The notes below the pieces were generated by a model. The model had not been told where the DNA came from and made no database searches. It saw nothing but the letters and a program-made list of their open reading frames with translations. Shown one piece after another: positions 61,396 to 64,000 of a DNA stretch of 64,000 nucleotides. Source of the stretch: an uncultured virus (IMG/VR IMGVR_UViG_3300037296_000405) (Duplodnaviria; Heunggongvirae; Uroviricota; Caudoviricetes); IMG/VR virus record IMGVR_UViG_3300037296_000405, one strand, 5' to 3'. Every line of letters starts with the position of its first letter. Position 1 is the stretch's first letter. Made by a program: the position numbers and the translations under genes.

Positions 61396-61944
61396 CTATA
61401 GATTGTTTATTAAATCATTAAGAAATATATTATTTCTAATGTGGAATCTTTTCCATTTCATATTATTATTACTTATTATTTTTTTTCTACTAGAATCTTT
61501 TTTTACAATTAAAACTTGATTGTCACAAAGAAAAATATCTTTGAAGTCACTATTTATATAATGTTTTTTAACTTTAAATCCTTCGTTTTTTAAAGTTTTC
61601 CATTCGTTATCAGAAAACCACTTTCTTAAATTACTATATGAATAACAAGCACTTAGAAATTCATCTTTATTATCTTGCCACAAATCAGATACGTAAGAGT
61701 CATCTCTACATAAACCTAATCTCTTACATGTTCCATCAATCCAATCTTCTCTTGATTCACTTTCTGTTCTGAAAGAATACCATGGTCCTAGCCCATCTTT
61801 TTCAAGTCGGTAAAAAGGTTTATTTAATATTCTTTTTTTTACTCGATTGTAAAGTTCTTTTTCTTCTTTCAATTTAGATTCTTTTCTTAAGTTAAACAAA
61901 GATTTAGCGACTTTTCTATAATGAAAAATAGTTATTTTTTTCAT
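61396..61944 (-). CDS. hypothetical phage protein
   Basis: YRLE..G.GPW, LRKWF..E...L...GF. Confidence 0.7.
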   Translation of the reverse strand: MKKITIFHYRKVAKSLFNLRKESKLKEEKELYNRVKKRILNKPFYRLEKDGLGPWYSFRTESESREDWIDGTCKRLGLCRDDSYVSDLWQDNKDEFLSACYSYSNLRKWFSDNEWKTLKNEGFKVKKHYINSDFKDIFLCDNQVLIVKKDSSRKKIISNNNMKWKRFHIRNNIFLNDLINNL

Positions 61945-62078
61945 AGACCATCCTCTATTAAATATAATTTAAATAATTGATCATTTAAAGAATAGACAAG
62001 ACGTATCATCATAATATTAGTATACCCTATTATTATATTAAAATCAAAGAATAAAATGCATAATTAAGTGATCAAATT

Positions 62079-63158
62079 TTATTTACTTAGTAAGTAATTA
62101 ATTTCATCAAACTCATCGTACATTGGAGGATAAAAGCTTTTAATCATTCTATCTATAACTTCTGGTTTAATAAACTTAGATTCCGTTTCTTTTCTTTTGA
62201 TGTTTCTAAGTTCTAAACTCTTTAAGTCACAAAGAATAACTTGAGCAGTTTTCTTGTACTTACTATTTAAAAGAGAAAGAGACTTTCTTCTTGATTTTCT
62301 GTTTAGAGATGTCAAGTCAAATATAATATTTTTCTCTTGTTTAACCATATCAGATACTCTTTCTCTAAATAGATTATTAGCTTTATCCGAGTCAACAAAA
62401 GCGAAAGCATCATTGTATGAACGACCTTCTCCAAGTTCTAAAATAATATCATCTCTTGATGCAACAACATAATTTTCATTTTCTTTTAAGAAATTTTTAA
62501 TCCAAGTACTTTTTCCAGACATAGGAAGTCCAATTAGAGAAATAGACTCTAGAGGATATTCTTTTTTCTCTGTTACTTCAATAGAAGATTCTTTCATCAT
62601 TTTTTGAGTGTATTCTTGTAGAGATTTCACTCCTTGTTCTCTAGGCGAAATAGTTTCGTCAGTATACCTTCCCATACCGTCACAAGTCGCTAGTTGAGTT
62701 AAATCCTGTAGAAGCTCATTACAGCCTCTATATTTCTCTACATAGTTTTTAAAACCCTTATCATCACACCTGTACAGATCGGTATGTAAGGCTATCATTT
62801 TAAATAATCTAATTATAGATTTTTCTGATAGGTTTAGTTTTTGCATATAGTGAATAGCCTTGAAGGCAGAATAGGCATCATGATTATAAAAAGATACTCT
62901 TTGTTTATCGTGGTTTACACCTCTAGTATCAAATTTACCAAAATCATGAAACAAACAACCAAGAGCAATGATATCGGGTACTTGCCTCATTTCTCCTTGT
63001 TGAATCACCATTAGAGTATGAGTAAGAACAGTGCCTTCTAAGTGGTAAGGATTGAGTATTCCTTTTTCTTCATCATAATGATGATTACAACTTCTCATCT
63101 CTTGGACGATTTCAGGACAGTCTTTAAAGAAAAATTTTATTAAATTATCGTAGTTCAT
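62079..63158 (-). CDS. HD domain plus P-loop kinase, paralog of 48980..50005
   Basis: NPYHLEG, HDFGK, GLPMSGKS, SRDD, PMYDEFDEI; leaderless. Confidence 0.85.
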   Translation of the reverse strand: MNYDNLIKFFFKDCPEIVQEMRSCNHHYDEEKGILNPYHLEGTVLTHTLMVIQQGEMRQVPDIIALGCLFHDFGKFDTRGVNHDKQRVSFYNHDAYSAFKAIHYMQKLNLSEKSIIRLFKMIALHTDLYRCDDKGFKNYVEKYRGCNELLQDLTQLATCDGMGRYTDETISPREQGVKSLQEYTQKMMKESSIEVTEKKEYPLESISLIGLPMSGKSTWIKNFLKENENYVVASRDDIILELGEGRSYNDAFAFVDSDKANNLFRERVSDMVKQEKNIIFDLTSLNRKSRRKSLSLLNSKYKKTAQVILCDLKSLELRNIKRKETESKFIKPEVIDRMIKSFYPPMYDEFDEINYLLSK

Positions 63159-63288
63159 AAATACATTATAGATCAATTAATCTTAAATAGCAATAAAAAA
63201 TATTATTATAAAATAAAAAAAGAACTTGATCTTAAATTGTATTCATTGTATAATTAGTTATTATACTAATAACATTAAGGTAGATTAT

Positions 63289-64000
63289 ATGAATACTAAA
63301 CAAAAAGATAAGAAACAGTTAATGAAATTAGCAATACATCATTTTTTTAACATTGGAACAACAAAAAATAAGTCAGATTTTTTAAATTTTTATAATAAAA
63401 CTAAGTTTAATCACTTTTTGACAGAAAAAGAAGTCGTTAGTACAGTTGATAAAATTTGGGATGTACCTCTTGAACGAAATGGTTATGGCTTACGTTATGG
63501 TTGTCCACAGGAACATTTCAAATTAATGTTAAATTTTGAAAGAGGCGAAGATGATGTCCAGAAGAGCATAGATATTAGATTTGAACATTTCTCGGACTTG
63601 CTTGCATATTTAATAGAATTTAATAATGATATGAAAAATTCTTTTTATAAAATTAAGGATACTAGATTGTTTTATAAAAAAAATAAAGATTATTCATCTT
63701 ACAAATGGTTATCTGATTATGATGAGTCAAAAGAAAAAGAATTTTCACGATTAATAGATGCTGTTTTACTACTAGAAGGTAAATGTTTTAAAAAACTAAA
63801 TAAAGAATTTAAGTTTTTAACTGGTGTTGATAGTTTAATCCATAGCTCAGAAGCACTATCTTGGTCTTTTGCAAAGCCATATAAAATCTTGTTTTTTTCA
63901 GTTATTATATTCTCATTTATTTTTATGAGTAATACATTAATTAGTTACTTATCTTTAGCTGTATCATTACTATTAATCGCTAGACTTCATAAAAAAGCTT
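63289..64000 (+). CDS. hypothetical protein, truncated by window end
   Basis: TTGATC-17-TATAAT promoter, AAGG SD, MNTKQKDKK... Confidence 0.6.
   Translation, partial: MNTKQKDKKQLMKLAIHHFFNIGTTKNKSDFLNFYNKTKFNHFLTEKEVVSTVDKIWDVPLERNGYGLRYGCPQEHFKLMLNFERGEDDVQKSIDIRFEHFSDLLAYLIEFNNDMKNSFYKIKDTRLFYKKNKDYSSYKWLSDYDESKEKEFSRLIDAVLLLEGKCFKKLNKEFKFLTGVDSLIHSSEALSWSFAKPYKILFFSVIIFSFIFMSNTLISYLSLAVSLLLIARLHKKA

Noticed and set aside
230..62472. Short antisense or nested ORFs in the track (for example 230..598, 617..925, 3083..3292, 7489..7782, 41037..41237, 44990..45271, 62254..62472)
   Set aside because: They shadow better-supported genes and lack SD or promoter signals.
1..64000. Genome-wide TAG recoding as the explanation for the amber-containing leader
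   Set aside because: Long ORFs are intact in code 11, and several genes end in TAG just before the next gene (for example 31506 and 2396).
1..64000. CRISPR array or diversity-generating retroelement
   Set aside because: No regularly spaced repeat-spacer units and no reverse transcriptase seen; the repeats found are ankyrin- or paralog-derived.

Overview
AT-rich (roughly 25% GC by eye), densely coding window with frequent strand switches and a sigma70-type promoter before most genes. The gene content fits an accessory/early region of a large (jumbo-type) bacteriophage: four rIIA-like GHKL ATPases, seven PcfJ-like proteins, HD/polynucleotide-kinase-like proteins, a CCA-adding enzyme, Pth2, ClpS-ClpA, NrtR/PncA/ADP-ribosylglycohydrolase, nucleotide kinases, nucleases and exported proteases. 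This assignment is inference; no structural, integrase or rRNA genes are visible. Main signals: (1) an unannotated leaderless leader peptide with two in-frame TAG codons ending in Pro-Pro-TAA, overlapping a hairpin that sequesters the Shine-Dalgarno (SD) of a Pth2/HD operon, a candidate stop-codon-readthrough sensor; (2) GATC is scarce in coding DNA but concentrated in promoter cores; (3) rIIA paralogs lie next to rIIB-like::PcfJ fusions; (4) a remodelled tRNA-Phe-like RNA with a hairpin inserted in the D-loop. All family calls come from motif recognition by eye, not from database searches.
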